DNA of 64,000 nt from Tubulanus polymorphus (GCF_964204645.1 NC_134025.1:13454001-13518000); one strand, 5' to 3'; numbered from the stretch's first letter, positions 27,364 through 41,442 are shown. Program-made: numbers and translations. The notes: generated by a model not told the origin, from the sequence alone.

Positions 27364-27912
27364 TTAGCATTATTAAAAGTTGATGTATATATCCACATAC
27401 TTTTTTTATAAGGAAATTATTTCTCAGTTTCAGTTTTTATAAGTAGCTATTGGCATCAAACACATTAACATGAGGATTCCAGTATTCCTGCAAGTTATTG
27501 TTTAAGTCAGCTGGACGTATAGGCCACACTCTGCGCTGTTGTGCCACAGCACAGGACTTATGTGAAGCAGCCGAATGCAAACATGGCCACCCTTTGTATA
27601 TTCGCAATATAAAGGATATAGTATGAATTTCAGTCATTTCAGCTGTTAGGGTTTCAAGGCACAATATAACTATTTGATGTGATATGTCAGGAACTGTCCC
27701 GATTGAATGCACAACAGTCAAAAACATATGAATTTGCGTAGTTACATAATTATTTGCAGTGAATTGCAGACGATACATGAAGTCTTAATGGCCATTTACA
27801 AAAAGATTACAGCTATCACAATAGTCAGAAAAAAATTAGATAGGACCTAAGTTAACATTTCTAAATTACTTAAGACTATTTTACTAATTTGTAGTCAGTG
27901 TGGAACATTTGG

Positions 27913-28127
27913 TAAAAAATTAATTTCTTTACAACATGTGAGAATTTATGTGGAAGGGCGACGGAAATAAAAATGAAGAAAAAAAAAATTTCCTAATTAC
28001 CAAAATGACCCAAATAACGGAGGCGGATCCGTGCTCCAACTAATTTAAAAAAGGCCATAGCATTATTAAAAGTTGATGTATATATCCACATACTTTTTTT
28101 ATAAGGAAATTATTTCTCAGTTTCAGT
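27913..28127 (+). repeat. Local direct duplication of 27269-27434 (MITE right end plus flank)
   Basis: Near-identical sequence including about 70 bp beyond the TIR; this copy has about 50 extra internal bases. Confidence 0.9.
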
Positions 28128-28280
28128 GGTTTTTATTCCTTAGATTGAACCCTATACTGACTTAGAGATTTGGGAATTTTAGGATTTTTGCATTAGGGAT
28201 CACAAAATTTGTAATTTTCACAGTGGAATTTGCAGCCGCTTTACGAAGTCAACTGGTACCATGTAGGGCGGAGTCTATTG

Positions 28281-28352
28281 TACATTTGTTGCTATGGTGG
28301 GTCGCCTTCGTTTGTTCATAATTCCATTCCTGAATTTCTCACGTTACCTCTC
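28281..28352 (+). repeat. Dispersed repeat fragment
   Basis: TACATT(T/C)GTTGCTATGGTGGGT..TTTGTTCATA..TCCATTCC..AATTTCTCA also at 58609-58686. Confidence 0.75.
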
Positions 28353-29139
28353 TCTTAATATATACTTGACAATGATCGTTGTAATCTGTGTGCCGGCCAA
28401 AAAGCACACAGATCACACTACTACCAATCTGACCCCTAGCTACCAACTGCTTCATTACAACCTTCCAATTATCCAGTGTTTCTTGCTGGATATGAAGGTT
28501 ACTGGCAATGTAGTTCTCACCAGTTGGCCGTTGCGCATTCAAATGGCTTAACGATTTTCACCTTTTTTGTGTAATAATCTGACAAAGCAGATTAATAAAT
28601 ACGGGGTGTTTTGATTTATAATATAGGGGAGAAAATTTGTCCTATCTTTTTCTTAATTTTCCCAATTTGTGTGATCGTTTATCATCGAATGTTTATGCCC
28701 ACATAATGACAGCTTATTTGCTAATATTAATCATAATTTATATCACCTTTTAATCGGTGTAGGCGGTAGTTTGTTCTTCGATGGATTGTTTGATGTCTGC
28801 AGTTCATGTTGTTTATGGAAGAAAACTGCCACAGTGGATGTTTCCACAATTCAACCATAAACAGTTCAATAGTTTCACAGTACATTATGTGAAAGCTGGT
28901 TTAGAAACATGTATCTATTAATGTGTATTCAGTGTCAAAATATATCATTTACAGACAGATGAACAAAGTTGACTTTATATCTTCATTTTCAGCTTAGTTA
29001 GTGATCAATACAGACAATTGGAAATGCAGATTTCTGAAAAATACATAGATCCAGTATGAAAATAAAAACCTCACCAGCTTTGATTTGATTAAGGACCATA
29101 AAATGTTAGAAAAATATATTGTCACAATAACAATATATA

Positions 29140-29886
29140 AAGTCAACTGTCGGCGACTATCGTACATTGCACTCAGATTGAAATTCAGCAATAATCGACG
29201 ACAAGTTGCTATCGGTCGTAACGACTGGACATGAGCGCACTCATATCGACACAGATACACAGAGTCGTGGGCCTACGTGTAGATCATTCATCATAGATCA
29301 TTCAAGGCTACATACACAAATTTCCCTAAAAGAAAATAACAATATAATGCCAATTTATTCCATAAACTCTCCATCTATTTAGCGGCATTATTGTGAGAAA
29401 AATTAAAATTCTTAGAGTGATTCAAATGATATTCATGATTTTAGGTTATTCATCAAAGGTTTTATATCATCAACATGCAAAAATGATGTGGAAAGGCAGC
29501 AGCAGCAGCAGCCTCGTTGTATATGGAGGCTGTGTTTCTCTTCCCACAATAACAATGAGCTTTCCTTCATATTAGGCGGTCCATGAGGTCGCCATGTTGA
29601 TTATTGATCCGCCATGCTGATTGGCTGAAATTAGTTGTGGAGTTGGCAACTCATCGCAGAAACACGCACATCGACGACGACTAGTCGGCGACTAGTTCCG
29701 TCGCGTCGTTACATGTTCAACTCCTGTGATCGTGACCAGATCGTGAAAAACTGTCACACAACGGTCGTAGCTAGACTCAGATCGACTAGAATCGGCAACG
29801 CAAAATCGTGCGACGATTGGCGGTGGTCGCCGGAAAACCAGTTGGTGACCAGTTGAGTTGCGTCGTAAGGTTGATCTGAGGCCCCT
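29140..29886 (-). mobile_element. Partial Harbinger-like element with MADF remnant
   Basis: Right end GTTGATCTGAGGCCCCT followed by TTAA; dense CGAC/GTCG subterminal words; left TIR not found. Confidence 0.55.
29520..29595 (-). pseudogene. Decayed MADF-like ORF start
   Basis: MATSWTA*YEGKLIV[frameshift]LWEEKHSL fits the MADF pattern WTxExxxxLIxLWEExPxL; AACATGGCG start context; CCAAT about 25 bp upstream. Confidence 0.55.
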
Positions 29887-30411
29887 TTAACCACTGTTAT
29901 CATTATGTGATGCCACTAGTTATGTGCTACTACGTAGGACTAAGTTTATAGGCCACTAAGCCCAAGCAAATAAATTCTCATTAAGGACTTTTTATAGCCA
30001 CAATCCACAAAAGTAAAGAAATTTAGTTCTCAAGGCAGCAAACTTCATTCGTTAGGGGTCATCACTATAAATCGTCTGTACAATTTTGCCCATTTAGAAT
30101 CCCCAAATGTATTTTCTGATGACACTTTTTGGGAAAAACTAATCCAATTAGAAAAGATTCATATTCAACGAACCACCTCATTGTTAGGAGCAACACAGTG
30201 AACTTAACAATAAATATTGTATCATAGCTTAGCTTATCCAGTTATGCATGTATATACCCTAAGTGATCGATGCTTTTTAGATGCCAAAATATAATGTCAG
30301 TTCCTGAATGGTAGAAAAATTGAATTCCTGATGAATATGAGACAAATTGGCTGCATCCGAAAAACACTCTCCACATCGGCATTAAGGAAAGACAAACCAT
30401 GGACTAACTAA

Positions 30412-30772
<361 letters not shown>

Positions 30773-31538
30773 ACATCACAGAAACGCAAGTAAGTCAACA
30801 GATTCATATCGATTTTTCAGAGGAAGCTACACATTCAGGAATTCATTTTGAAAATCAGAAATGACCTGGCTCTGCCTGATGGACTGAAGAAATATTACTA
30901 GAAACATATACATTCTATGGTATTAGCAAACTTCTAGAACATGAAGAATCTTATCAAGCACAGCTTTTTTGGAAATTTTATGTATTAACATCACCAACGG
31001 AGCATGATTTCATCACCTGACAAATTGATATAAAAGCCATTGGATACTTTTTATCTATTGCTGACAATGAATAGGGTAAAAAAATACATGTTGGAGAATT
31101 GCCAATATAAGCAAATCAAGAATTTGAAATTGCCCGAATCAAGAAGACTTGCTAATCCCAGTGTACCAGGACCCATTTCCACACTTGTCAGTTTGAATCT
31201 AGAGTTAAAATTAGTTCATTTTCAATGGGTCGAACTTTAACTGACAACTTCCCATGATACCCAGTCTGGATTTTCAACTGGAAACTTGCTGATTCCAGTA
31301 CACCAGAGTTTCGTATAAATCGAGGGACTAGGTAATAGTTTCAATTAACTCAGAGACTGGTAATCTTGGTTAACTAGAGTTTCAAATAACTCAATGAGTT
31401 GGTGCAGTTGACTCTGCTTACATCAGAGCAGAGCATTTCTTCAGATTATCGATAAATCTATCCTATGCTCAGAGTTGCTATCATTTACCTCGTTGCCATA
31501 TTTCACAAACACAGTTGGCCTTTCCTTCACTTGACATG

Positions 31539-31988
31539 AGCCACGTTCACTTACGAAGTACCGGTACCATACTTCACTGGTGCCGAATTCACCGAAATAC
31601 GGCGCTTATACAGCCATTTACGTTCACACTACGAGTCGCGATTCGGCACTTAGTAAGTCCAGTATAGTAGTCACCCAGTGTGCCAATAGAGGGAGTATAA
31701 TTAGTGCTAGGCCTAATTGTTTTGTGCTACGACGATGTGAATACGCGGCTAGCTAAGCGCCGAATCTACGTTCACACCACAGAAAATATGCGGCCAGCTC
31801 AGTGCCATACTGAGATCGGGTTTTTGGTGCGGTATCGCATTCTGCGCTTAATAAGCCGCGTATTTCAGTATGGAACTGAATAAGCCACGAATAGGCCTCG
31901 AATAATTTCGTTGTGTGAACATAGGCCTCGAATAATTTTGTAGTGTGAACGCTTAGTACCATACTGAAATCCTAGTGTGAACGCAGCT
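31539..31988. mobile_element. Harbinger-like MITE (GTTCACAC family)
   Basis: TIR AGCCACGTTCAC / GTGAACGCAGCT; 3-bp ATG on both flanks; internal CGTTCACAC and GTGTGAAC repeats. Confidence 0.75.
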
Positions 31989-32642
31989 ATGGAGATTGCT
32001 ATTAGGTCACTACTGCTTATTTTAGGTCACTACTCTGACTCAACAAGAAGCAACTGGATTTGAGTGACTTGTAGCATTGGTTGCATCATATAATTAGCTA
32101 GCTGCTGCAACCTGAGCTCATTACTGACTGCACACGTTCTACTCCTTGTGACTTGTCAGTATTAGCACTTAGGCAATTGATCGCAGCCAAATCATTGCTG
32201 TACTTGCAACCACGAGATTGGACGAAAAAATTTTCTGTGCAGTTTTCATTTTACAATATAGAGTTTAATAAGTTTTATTGTTAATAATAGCATGAAGCCA
32301 AATTAAAAGTTAGATCAGTTCTGCACAAGAAAATTTCTGGGTAGGTCATTGAACATTGTAGATTGTGGTGCTGATGGGTTTTTATTCATTATTTCATATT
32401 TCTATTTAAGCAGTTATAGCAGCGATGTGAGCGGGCTGTGCGATAAGTCACGTCGTACGTCACCCTGAGCCCAGTTTAAAGCCCATCAGTACATGGTGAA
32501 AACGGAGCAAAAACATAAGATGATGATAACAGAATTCCCTCACCTATATAGTAGAGAATATTCTTTACTGGCATGAACAGCAACCAACAGATAATTAATC
32601 TCTATTTAATCTTATAGAAGGGAGAGGTGGAGGAAAAGGGGA

Positions 32643-32672
32643 AGAGAGAGAGAGATAGAGATGGGATAGAGA
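32643..32672. repeat. GA-rich microsatellite
   Basis: AGAGAGAGAGAGATAGAGATGGGATAGAGA. Confidence 0.7.
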
Positions 32673-33327
32673 AAAACTAGAACAATTCAGAATGGACCAG
32701 ATAGATCAATGCTGGGTGATCACACGTTTTTTTGAATCGGCTGTCATCACTAGTAAACCAGAGTTTGAAATGATTCAGAGACTTGTCAGTGTATATGTAA
32801 ACTAACTGCTAATTATTCTCAAGAATACGAGTGTACCCAGTCTATCTTATCTCCCAAGTCATATGAAAAGTGACTTATAACTGAAAACAGAATAATCAAA
32901 TCAGGGTAATCATGTCATGGCATTTCAGAGGTTTCAGATCAGTTAGGATAACAACCCTAACCCTAGTTCATTGAATATGCTTCTCACAGCTTACGAGTGA
33001 CTGATCAAGAACGCTCTCAGGCCATACTGGTCAATACCATGAAAACTCAGAAATTCACACAAACGTGACAACATGATCGTTTCTAGCTATAGAGGATTTA
33101 TTCCAAGTAACTTAAAATGGACCTTTTTACATAATTCATCCAAACTCAAACTATAGATATAGATTTCCATAGACTTAACATCATAGATGTGTATAAATTT
33201 CAGTAATGTTCAGGTCTAATATGGGCATCACCAGGGGCAGTCAGGGGTAGCAAATGACCCCCTTTTTGAAATTCAAAATGCACTTATTTCATTCATGAGG
33301 CCACAACCAAAATCCAAAAATTATAGA

Positions 33328-33533
33328 CTGCAGGGTGCGAACAGTGTGATAAAATTGTTGATTTCGTAGTATGTTAGTGTGTGAGATCCAAAAATAAACA
33401 TACCCATGATCCAATGCCCATGTCTATAGAAAATGACATATGTCCTATTTTCATTTTGATATGGATTTAGGACCAATTTTTGTAATTTTCTTCAAAATTA
33501 GTATTATCAATATATGAAATTCACACCTTGCAG
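33328..33533. mobile_element. Old small TIR element (CAGGGTG-type, possibly Tc1/mariner MITE)
   Basis: CTGCAGGGTGCGA / TCACACCTTGCAG inverted ends; no clean TSD. Confidence 0.4.
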
Positions 33534-35099
33534 CTGTATTTGGACTTTATTAAACTTTAAACAGTATTTGTGAAATTTATTATCAGAGTAGTAATATATA
33601 TTTCTGACACTTCTATCATAAGGCTAACAATACAGCTAACAAGGTTTCATTTTGTGCCATCAAAGTTTACCCTTTTTCCGCCAAACATGATTCTATTAGG
33701 ACAATGAAAAATAATATAATCATGCTTATCCATCATTTGGATTCTTATTCGGTGTGAGTTTTAGTTATAGATACCTATGGCTTTTCACCTTTGAAAAGCC
33801 ATAGGTTGAATTATAGAACCAGAACCACGTTCATAGTAATACTCAAAATTCAGCCAAAAAAGTATAGATTTTATTTTTTCATGCAGCAATGAAAGCAATG
33901 AAGAATCAATATGAAATAAGCTGGTGTTAAAAGGGACTTATTCAAAAAAGCTGTCAACGGATGATTGATATGTATTGTAAATAGCCAATGACTTTTGACA
34001 TCAAGTAAAAGTGTCATCAATTCAGAGTTTCATGCGTTTTTAGAAGAACTGTTAGGAAGATTTTCTATGAAGCAGTGATCAGCATAATTGCAGTTTTCCC
34101 TACAATAAAACCGAGACCATTTCAATTAATAACATAGCCTTTAAGAGCAATTTACTAAAAATTTCAGCTGGAAGAGCAGGTGCACTGGGGCTTAATCTTT
34201 ATGTAAATTACACAATTGACATTTAATTACCCAGACAATCTTTAGGTTTGAAGATGAAAGATAGGAAAGATTTTAATGACATCTTACCAGCTACCCTGCA
34301 TTATATTATGAACTTGCAGACACAAGCAAAGATTACTTTCCAGAAGTGATTTCATTATTTGAACTGTCTGGTTAACCTTAAAATGCTATAATATAATATA
34401 CAAATTGCCAAAAATCATCTGTAACTTAACCCATCAGGAATTTCACTATGCAGTGTCAATTACTCCTCAGTAAATTCAAGGTAAAATCCAAGTTGATAAA
34501 GATACCGAATAGCTCATTTACTGTTTATTTCCATGCAATACAAGTTTGCGTTATTTTGCAGTAAATAGTAAAGGCTTCCATATGATGTAAGATTTGATGA
34601 GGTGGACCACCAAAATCATGTCCTTCTGGCCCCCGAAATTCATCCAAAGTTACTTGGATTTGAAGTGAGCGTTCAGATGTGTCATGTTCATACTCGAAAT
34701 ACTCGAGAAATTGAAATAGGAGGATTTTGATTTCTTTTCGGTTTTTCAAGGACTTGGGTGTCTAGTTTATCATAAGCTATTGGGTTTGAATCCCACTATA
34801 ACCGTTTTCGTGCAGCATACGAAACTAGAGGCCCTAAGGCCTTGTGAAGTCTAGGTGTCAGGTAAAGTACTTTGCATAGCCAAGACATTTTAAAATGACT
34901 TTGAGCATGGATTCTCCCCCCCCCATTTTGCAAAATTCATTGAATTAAAAAAAAATCTTTTAGTCCTTCATGTTTCATCAGAAAAACATTTTGTACCCAG
35001 CTTGACTTACAATCGGGTAACTGTTAGTTCTTCAATTTTGGGATTTACCAAATGCAAACGGTTTTTCATTTCTCGGACCTAATTAGTCATAATATCCAC

Positions 35100-35429
35100 C
35101 CCATTATTGCATTCTTGGTGCACTACTCGCTAAAAGTTTTAGTTTTTTCAGTTTTAGACATCTCCGATAGTACACTAAACACGGCGCCACTAGTGCTAGT
35201 GATTCATTAAATGATCCGAGCAATACAAAATTTCCCACGCCCCAGCCCACGAAAATGAGGGCATTAATCAAAAATCCGCCATGATAGCTATTTGCTGGCC
35301 AACCCACTGGTTATTCTTGAGAAATTTCAGGGTTCAATTTAAGCTACGTTTAGAAGTGCTGGGGCTGGTTCGGGTGGCTTAAGGAATAATAGGAAGGGTG
35401 GATACGGGCGGCTTGAGTGCTATAATGGG
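35100..35429. mobile_element. Degenerate piggyBac-like MITE
   Basis: TIR CCCATTATTGCATTC / GAGTGCTATAATGGG followed by TTAA; left TTAA absent. Confidence 0.5.
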
Positions 35430-36955
35430 TTAACAGCTTGCTGCCGGATTGTTTGATAATAGTAAAGTTTGATTCTCGGTACTCGTCAAAATATTTTGCT
35501 GGATATTGGAAAACCAAACCAAGAGCTAAGTCACTAACATGCCACTAAAAAGACTGATTCTAACACTTAAAGTGACAGCGATCCGTCTATAGTATATAAA
35601 GCATTACAGTTCAGGAACTACTGAATGTAACTGCAAGAAATCTACACATTTTTGTGAATGCTATTGATACATTGACACTGACAAGTCTAGCGATTTAGCA
35701 TTGCGTTTGTTTCGATCAAATGAAATAATGGCATGATAAACCTGTGTAGAGGTGAGGCAAATCGATGAGTGGTTGTTTTAGAAACCGATCAGTAATTACC
35801 CGCAGCAAATCAAACATGTTGAGTTTGCAGCAAGTACCACATAACAAGCCGATATTAAATTGTAGCTCCCTCTGCTCTATTGACACACGAACATGGCTAT
35901 TTTTGATTCATGCTCATAGATGTGCTCATTGATAAACTCTTGTCGGACAGTGTTCATAAAAACTGCCCATTCCGACAATATCAACGCAAATTGCACATAT
36001 GCTATCAGTACAATACGCCTTCCTACTATCAGTACCTGAGTAAGTGGCAAATTACCATATAAACGAAGAAAAAACAAACGAATGAAACTATCCTAAGAGA
36101 GTCAATAGCATGATTTCCCAAAATTAGGCAACTATCGGAAACACACTACACTTACGAGCCGTTTGGGTACAATGCAGTGAATTGAGACAGGGACAGTTAA
36201 GCCAAAAACGTAATAGCTGAATTGGGAAATATACCAATTTCCATAGAAGTAACTGCTTGTAATTCAGACACATTTCGGCAATCTTACACTACTGTGATGA
36301 ATAGATGGACACCATTTCAGCATCCACTAAGGCACAATTCATCACGGGGCACTAACCATTCAAACCATATTCTAAACACTTGGAAAAAATTCAAAGGATT
36401 AAAGACAAGTAGTGATCGAAATCATCATAGTGATCGACAAGTAGTGATCGAATTTTACTGTCATCATAATTGTGCCAGCCTCTCTGAGGGTAGGCATGTT
36501 CTTCTCTCACCAAGAATTTGTTACTTAATGTGCAATTAGAAATGTTACATGAAAGTGTTTGAAGGCAGCTTTTCATTGGCCTTGGAACAAATAATTCAAA
36601 TCATTCTCCGTCTTCACCCCAAATACCAGGGAACTAGAGGCCTGATATGGTACCATTCTGAAGGGCCAAAGTAAAACTTCACTACTTTTTTCCAGCGCTG
36701 TAAGACTTTGAAATAGACTGCCCTGCACATTGTCAATAGCAAAGCAATTGATATTTTCAAATCTTTGATTAAAAATTGGCCTTTTAATTTATAGTCCGTA
36801 CCTACTTTTCATTGTAAATACAATCTCTTCTCAGTTTCTTTTTTACTTTTCAAAAATCTAAATATCAGGATTTCTTTCCATCAACCGTATGTGGGTATTT
36901 TGCAGAATCTAAAGTATTTTTTTGTGTACGTTAAGAAGCTCTTTAATGTACATTA

Positions 36956-37586
36956 AAGCCACTCTGGTCACTCTCACAATGCGACAGCACCAGAAAGAAC
37001 TGGGATTTCGAGCGACTGGCGGTGATCACCAACAACCGATTAGTCACCAGTAGCGGTGACCTGAGCAAAACTACCGAATGCTGGCAACCAAAAAATGGTG
37101 ACCTACAACTGGTTGCATGGAGTCATAGTCAACTTGAACACTTCAGTGGCTGATCGTAGCTTTACTGCAATCATGTTAGTGTTCAAAATAGCAATACAGG
37201 TTCAAATCCCGAGTGCCCTTGTTTTGAATACAGATTTTCTATGCAGTTTTCCTTTTAATGCGTTCTAATGGGTTTTATTGCGATATGTTCTAACAAGAAG
37301 GTAACTTAAAAAATACATTGGGAGACGAAACTTCTTTTTGGGTAGAATACTGAACTTGATGATTAGAAGGAGCCGCAGGGTGTTGAACAATTTTTTGAAT
37401 TCATTGAGATTTTTGGATTTAATAGGGCCTATAGCCGTATAATGGTTCAAATGATCAATGACTACAGTTAGCGATAATTGCGGCAACCTGAGTGCAGCAT
37501 TGCAAACTAGTGACTGATGACATATGATTCTGCGACTGGTCACTCCTGATTCCGTGGTGTCATAGGAAAAACCTAAGCCTGGCTTC
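36956..37586. mobile_element. Old Harbinger-like element
   Basis: TAAAGCCA.. / ..TGGCTTCA ends; GCGACT/TAGTCAC word content; heavily decayed. Confidence 0.35.
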
Positions 37587-38207
37587 AGAATCAATTCAGA
37601 TCGTTGTTGCAAGGAGCAAAATAATTAGATTTACAAAATATACATTAAGATAAGATATATAATAAAAGAATACAGAATATAACATTTCACTTTGTTTGTG
37701 GATATAAGTACTTTTAGGAAGATCAGATAGAGCTCATAAAGTTTTCCATCACATGGTGGAATACACCTTTTACTTTGTTATATTGTCCAGTCTTTGATCT
37801 TGAGGCGTGTTGGTGCATGACATGATCACAGGAATCTCGACCTTTAGACTCATCAACATAACCAGTCTTATGACTACCAATGACACATTGTACAGTTGCA
37901 GCCAGTAAATCGCATGTGCTTATTTTCTGCCATGCCACATGATTGTCTATCCCACTCCTTGCGACTGCCACTGACAAAATTGTGGTGCCCTGGATAAAAC
38001 CCCATTTTTCATGTCAGCATTATGTATCTACTTATTTCGTATGTGCAGCGAGATTGAATTCGAAATTACAAATTCTAGCTTGGTTGTATATTTTCTTGTA
38101 TTGATTTCAATAATTGAGAGAAACTAGTTGCGCACCTTCTTTGATGACATAGGCACCCGTCTGCGTTGCAAGCAGTTGCATGTTGACCTAACCGCTCTTT
38201 ATCTTAA

Positions 38208-38954
38208 AGGCTGGCTTAAATCGATGAGCAGCACAATGCCTACTGACTCCTACCGACGCAACCGCGATCACAGCCCAGCTTATGTCGACTTCACTCCGAT
38301 TCCCAGCAACTGAAGCCGACTAGCAAGAAACGAGATCTGCCAAGTTGCTTCCCTGCTTATGTCGGTTACGATTACTGGCAACTGCAAGGGCTCAGATGGT
38401 GACGTAATAAGCATTTTGAGAATAAATTTAAATAAATTTAAATTATTTTGAATTATTGGGAAATATGTTTCTAGTTGAAAAGATATTTCTTTAAGATCTT
38501 TATCTTTCTGATTCCGTTTTGAATACAATGTGCTAGCGACATCATATAGAGAGGTCCGCTCAAACCGTAACTCTACCGATTTCGTTTCTAGATATTCGGT
38601 CAAGTCACATGCTGTGCTGAAGGCATGAATTTGAAAGTTTGTGACAAGATACTGATAACGCAAACTATCGGTCAAAATTTGTGATGTAGATTCGGTCTCC
38701 GATTGGCTGGAATTCCTGCGCTCAGATCCACCGTGTCACAATTGAGCTTATGTCGGTTGCGATCGAAAGCAACTGTCCACCTAACGTAGGCCAGAGTAGA
38801 ACATGGGCAACTAGCTGGATATGGCTTGCGATGAATCGGTAGGCGTCGATAGAGCAGCAACGGGCGCCTCTCGTAGGCTGCTAGTTGCCACTAATCGGCG
38901 ATAAACCCAGTTGCGTCGGTAGGCGTCGAGTCGCTTATCGACATAAGCCAGCCT
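38208..38954 (-). mobile_element. Non-autonomous PIF/Harbinger element with MADF remnant
   Basis: TIR AGGCTGGCTTAAATCGATGAGC / GCTTATCGACATAAGCCAGCCT; perfect TAA TSD (38205-38207, 38955-38957); internal GCTTATGTCG repeats. Confidence 0.9.
38462..38626 (-). pseudogene. Decayed MADF (Myb/SANT-like) domain of the Harbinger DNA-binding ORF
   Basis: MPSAQHVT[frameshift at W]TEYLETKSVELRFERTSLYDVASTLYSKRNQKDKDLKEISFQL matches the MADF pattern LYDxxxxxYxNRxxKxxAxxEIxxxL; lies within ORF 38280-38675. Confidence 0.8.
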
Positions 38955-41442
38955 TAATAATGGTTAAAATTGCAATGTTTCTAATGAAAAAAAATAAATT
39001 TAGCTTAACTTTGACAATGTCTTTGAACAGATTTCATGGACCCTTCAATGTTTACACATATCTTATGCAGTCATCACAACAGGCCCTGGATTATATACAC
39101 CTCACATTGCTTTGTGGGAACAAGCATAATGAGGACTGCAAGTTTTAAGCAAAGGAGAAAGAAAACAAATTTCTCTAAGGCATTTGTCTTGATGACCTCT
39201 CTGGATTTAGAAGTGCAATGTCATTAGTTGATTCCCACACCAGCGTCGCATCACGTAAAGTTTGATGAAGATAATCTAATTATATACTGTTAATGGTTAA
39301 TGGACTGAAGCCTATGGGAGCAGTCAAGGGAATTCATGGTTTACTTGAGAGGAATAACTGAAGTAGATATAATTAATGCTGTTCTATATGCAGTGATATT
39401 CCTATATCAACCATTTCATACAGCCTAATCCGACAACAGGCCTGTATCCTGTGGGGTTAGAAAACCCCCTTGCTCTTGGGGTCCAGGGAAGATAATTGAT
39501 AATCTCAGCCAATTTACAATGCCCATACGGTAATCAATAAGCTTGAAATTCACCACAATCACAGAACTATGTCATGCGCAAAATATTTTCAATTGATTGT
39601 GGTTACAAAATATATCTTTTCACACATGAGGACTGATGAGACTAAGATAACTTGGTTTGTGTGAAAAAAGAATGATTACTTGTGATACTTTCTAAAGTAT
39701 ACGTGTCACAAATTTAAATGAAAAATACCCATTTGTAAACTAGGGTACTCAGAAATCAGGCAAAATGACCTTGTTGGCATAAAAAAGTCACAAAGTGCCT
39801 AGGGGGGGATGAAAAGCTGCTTCAAAATTTCCCTTGAAAAGTTCAAAAAGGACTGAAAAGTGCTGATTGTGGTGAACAAGAATGACCACTAGTTAGCCAT
39901 CTCTAATTTGATCAGGCCAGTTTTTGAGCCGCAGATATGTCTAGGGTAGATACTTGTATAAACCTAATATATAGACAATTGATTAGAATCCATCTTCAAA
40001 ATTTTGCAAAATAACTGTATCAACACATCTGTCTTTCGTGGCTTTGATAGTTCACCAAACTATGTACTACCAACTGATTCGAATCTATTGCATATATACC
40101 ATTATACACGTAGTTTGAAAATAAAAACTACGGTTAAATTCTTTGAATGCAGCCAGGTGAGTGATTTTTATTTTCTAATGAAATACAATATTAACATTTG
40201 TCAGGTTTTACTTTCTTGCTTCATAGTGTATTGTATTGAACTTTTAACACAGGACTTCCAAGGATGAGAAACAAGGTTTCTTCTTATCGTTACATATGGG
40301 TGAAGGTGCCATCAACGACGGGCAAGTAATGTTGAATAACTTCAATCATAGTAGTCATCAGTGGCTATAAGTGGTGATAGTATTGCCATTAAAATGGCAA
40401 AATAGATCTTAAATTACCACAAAATAAATCCATATGAAGCATCAAATTGGATGAATCTTGAGGCATAATCATCATAGATAGCATTCTGTCAGATTTATCA
40501 TTTCATAAATATTGGAAGGTAAACCTCATCTAAAAGCAATCATGATTTTAACTGGCCTCAAATCCGAGCATTCAAAATACCACTAACTCAAATCACTACT
40601 CAAATCGGAAAAGGCAAATCTCAATTTCATTGGACATGCGGAAAAAATATTTTGAAATGATATAAGACTTAAGACTAATATAAGACTTAAAAAGAATTTT
40701 TGAGTATTCAAAAGAATAAAGACATTAGACTACAATTACCGTAAACCTGTATATCAAATTACGGTAGAGCTTAGAATTAACTTTGCGCAACGTTTGCGTG
40801 TTGAAAGCGCCGCGTTCTCGTTAATGGTTTCAATTGAAACGCGTTGTACATGCGATTTGAACACGTTTTAAAGCCGATACAACGATGTACGGTACACATT
40901 CAATTTATTTCCAAAACGCCTATCATTTACCATTTTAAACATAAACGAAACGGCAAATAAACGTTAACGATGTTGATTTAATTGTAAGCTGTACGGTACA
41001 AGAGATGTACAATTTTTTCATTTTCTCAAATATTTGCGTACAGAGACACTTGCAATACCATTCATTTACTAAGTGTCGTGGACGATGATCACAAAAACGA
41101 TGAGGTGGAGGCATGAGAAACTACACTGGGAACCTATTACTATGCGAGATTAGTTTCTTGATTTTTTCATCTGATGATCTATTCAAACGTTACAAGAATT
41201 TGGTAACAGCAGTTTGGGAATAGCAGCAAGTCTTGGCAAACAAACTTTACAACGGTATTTACAATGAGACTTGAATTTTTATCCAACAACTCCTCAGTGA
41301 CAGGGGATTGGAATTGCTAGTTCTCTCACAGGGAATTGATTCAGTTTTCAATTCCAATATCATAGAATTTGTATTTCGTGTTCACAATAAGTTATTTCAA
41401 ACGGTTGAAATTAAGTCCATTCCAATTTAGAATGGATTAAGC

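Noticed and set aside
37723-37977. 84-aa ORF (likewise 51687-51974 and 58286-58468)
   Set aside because: No homology I can recognise; lengths within chance expectation; no clear splice signals
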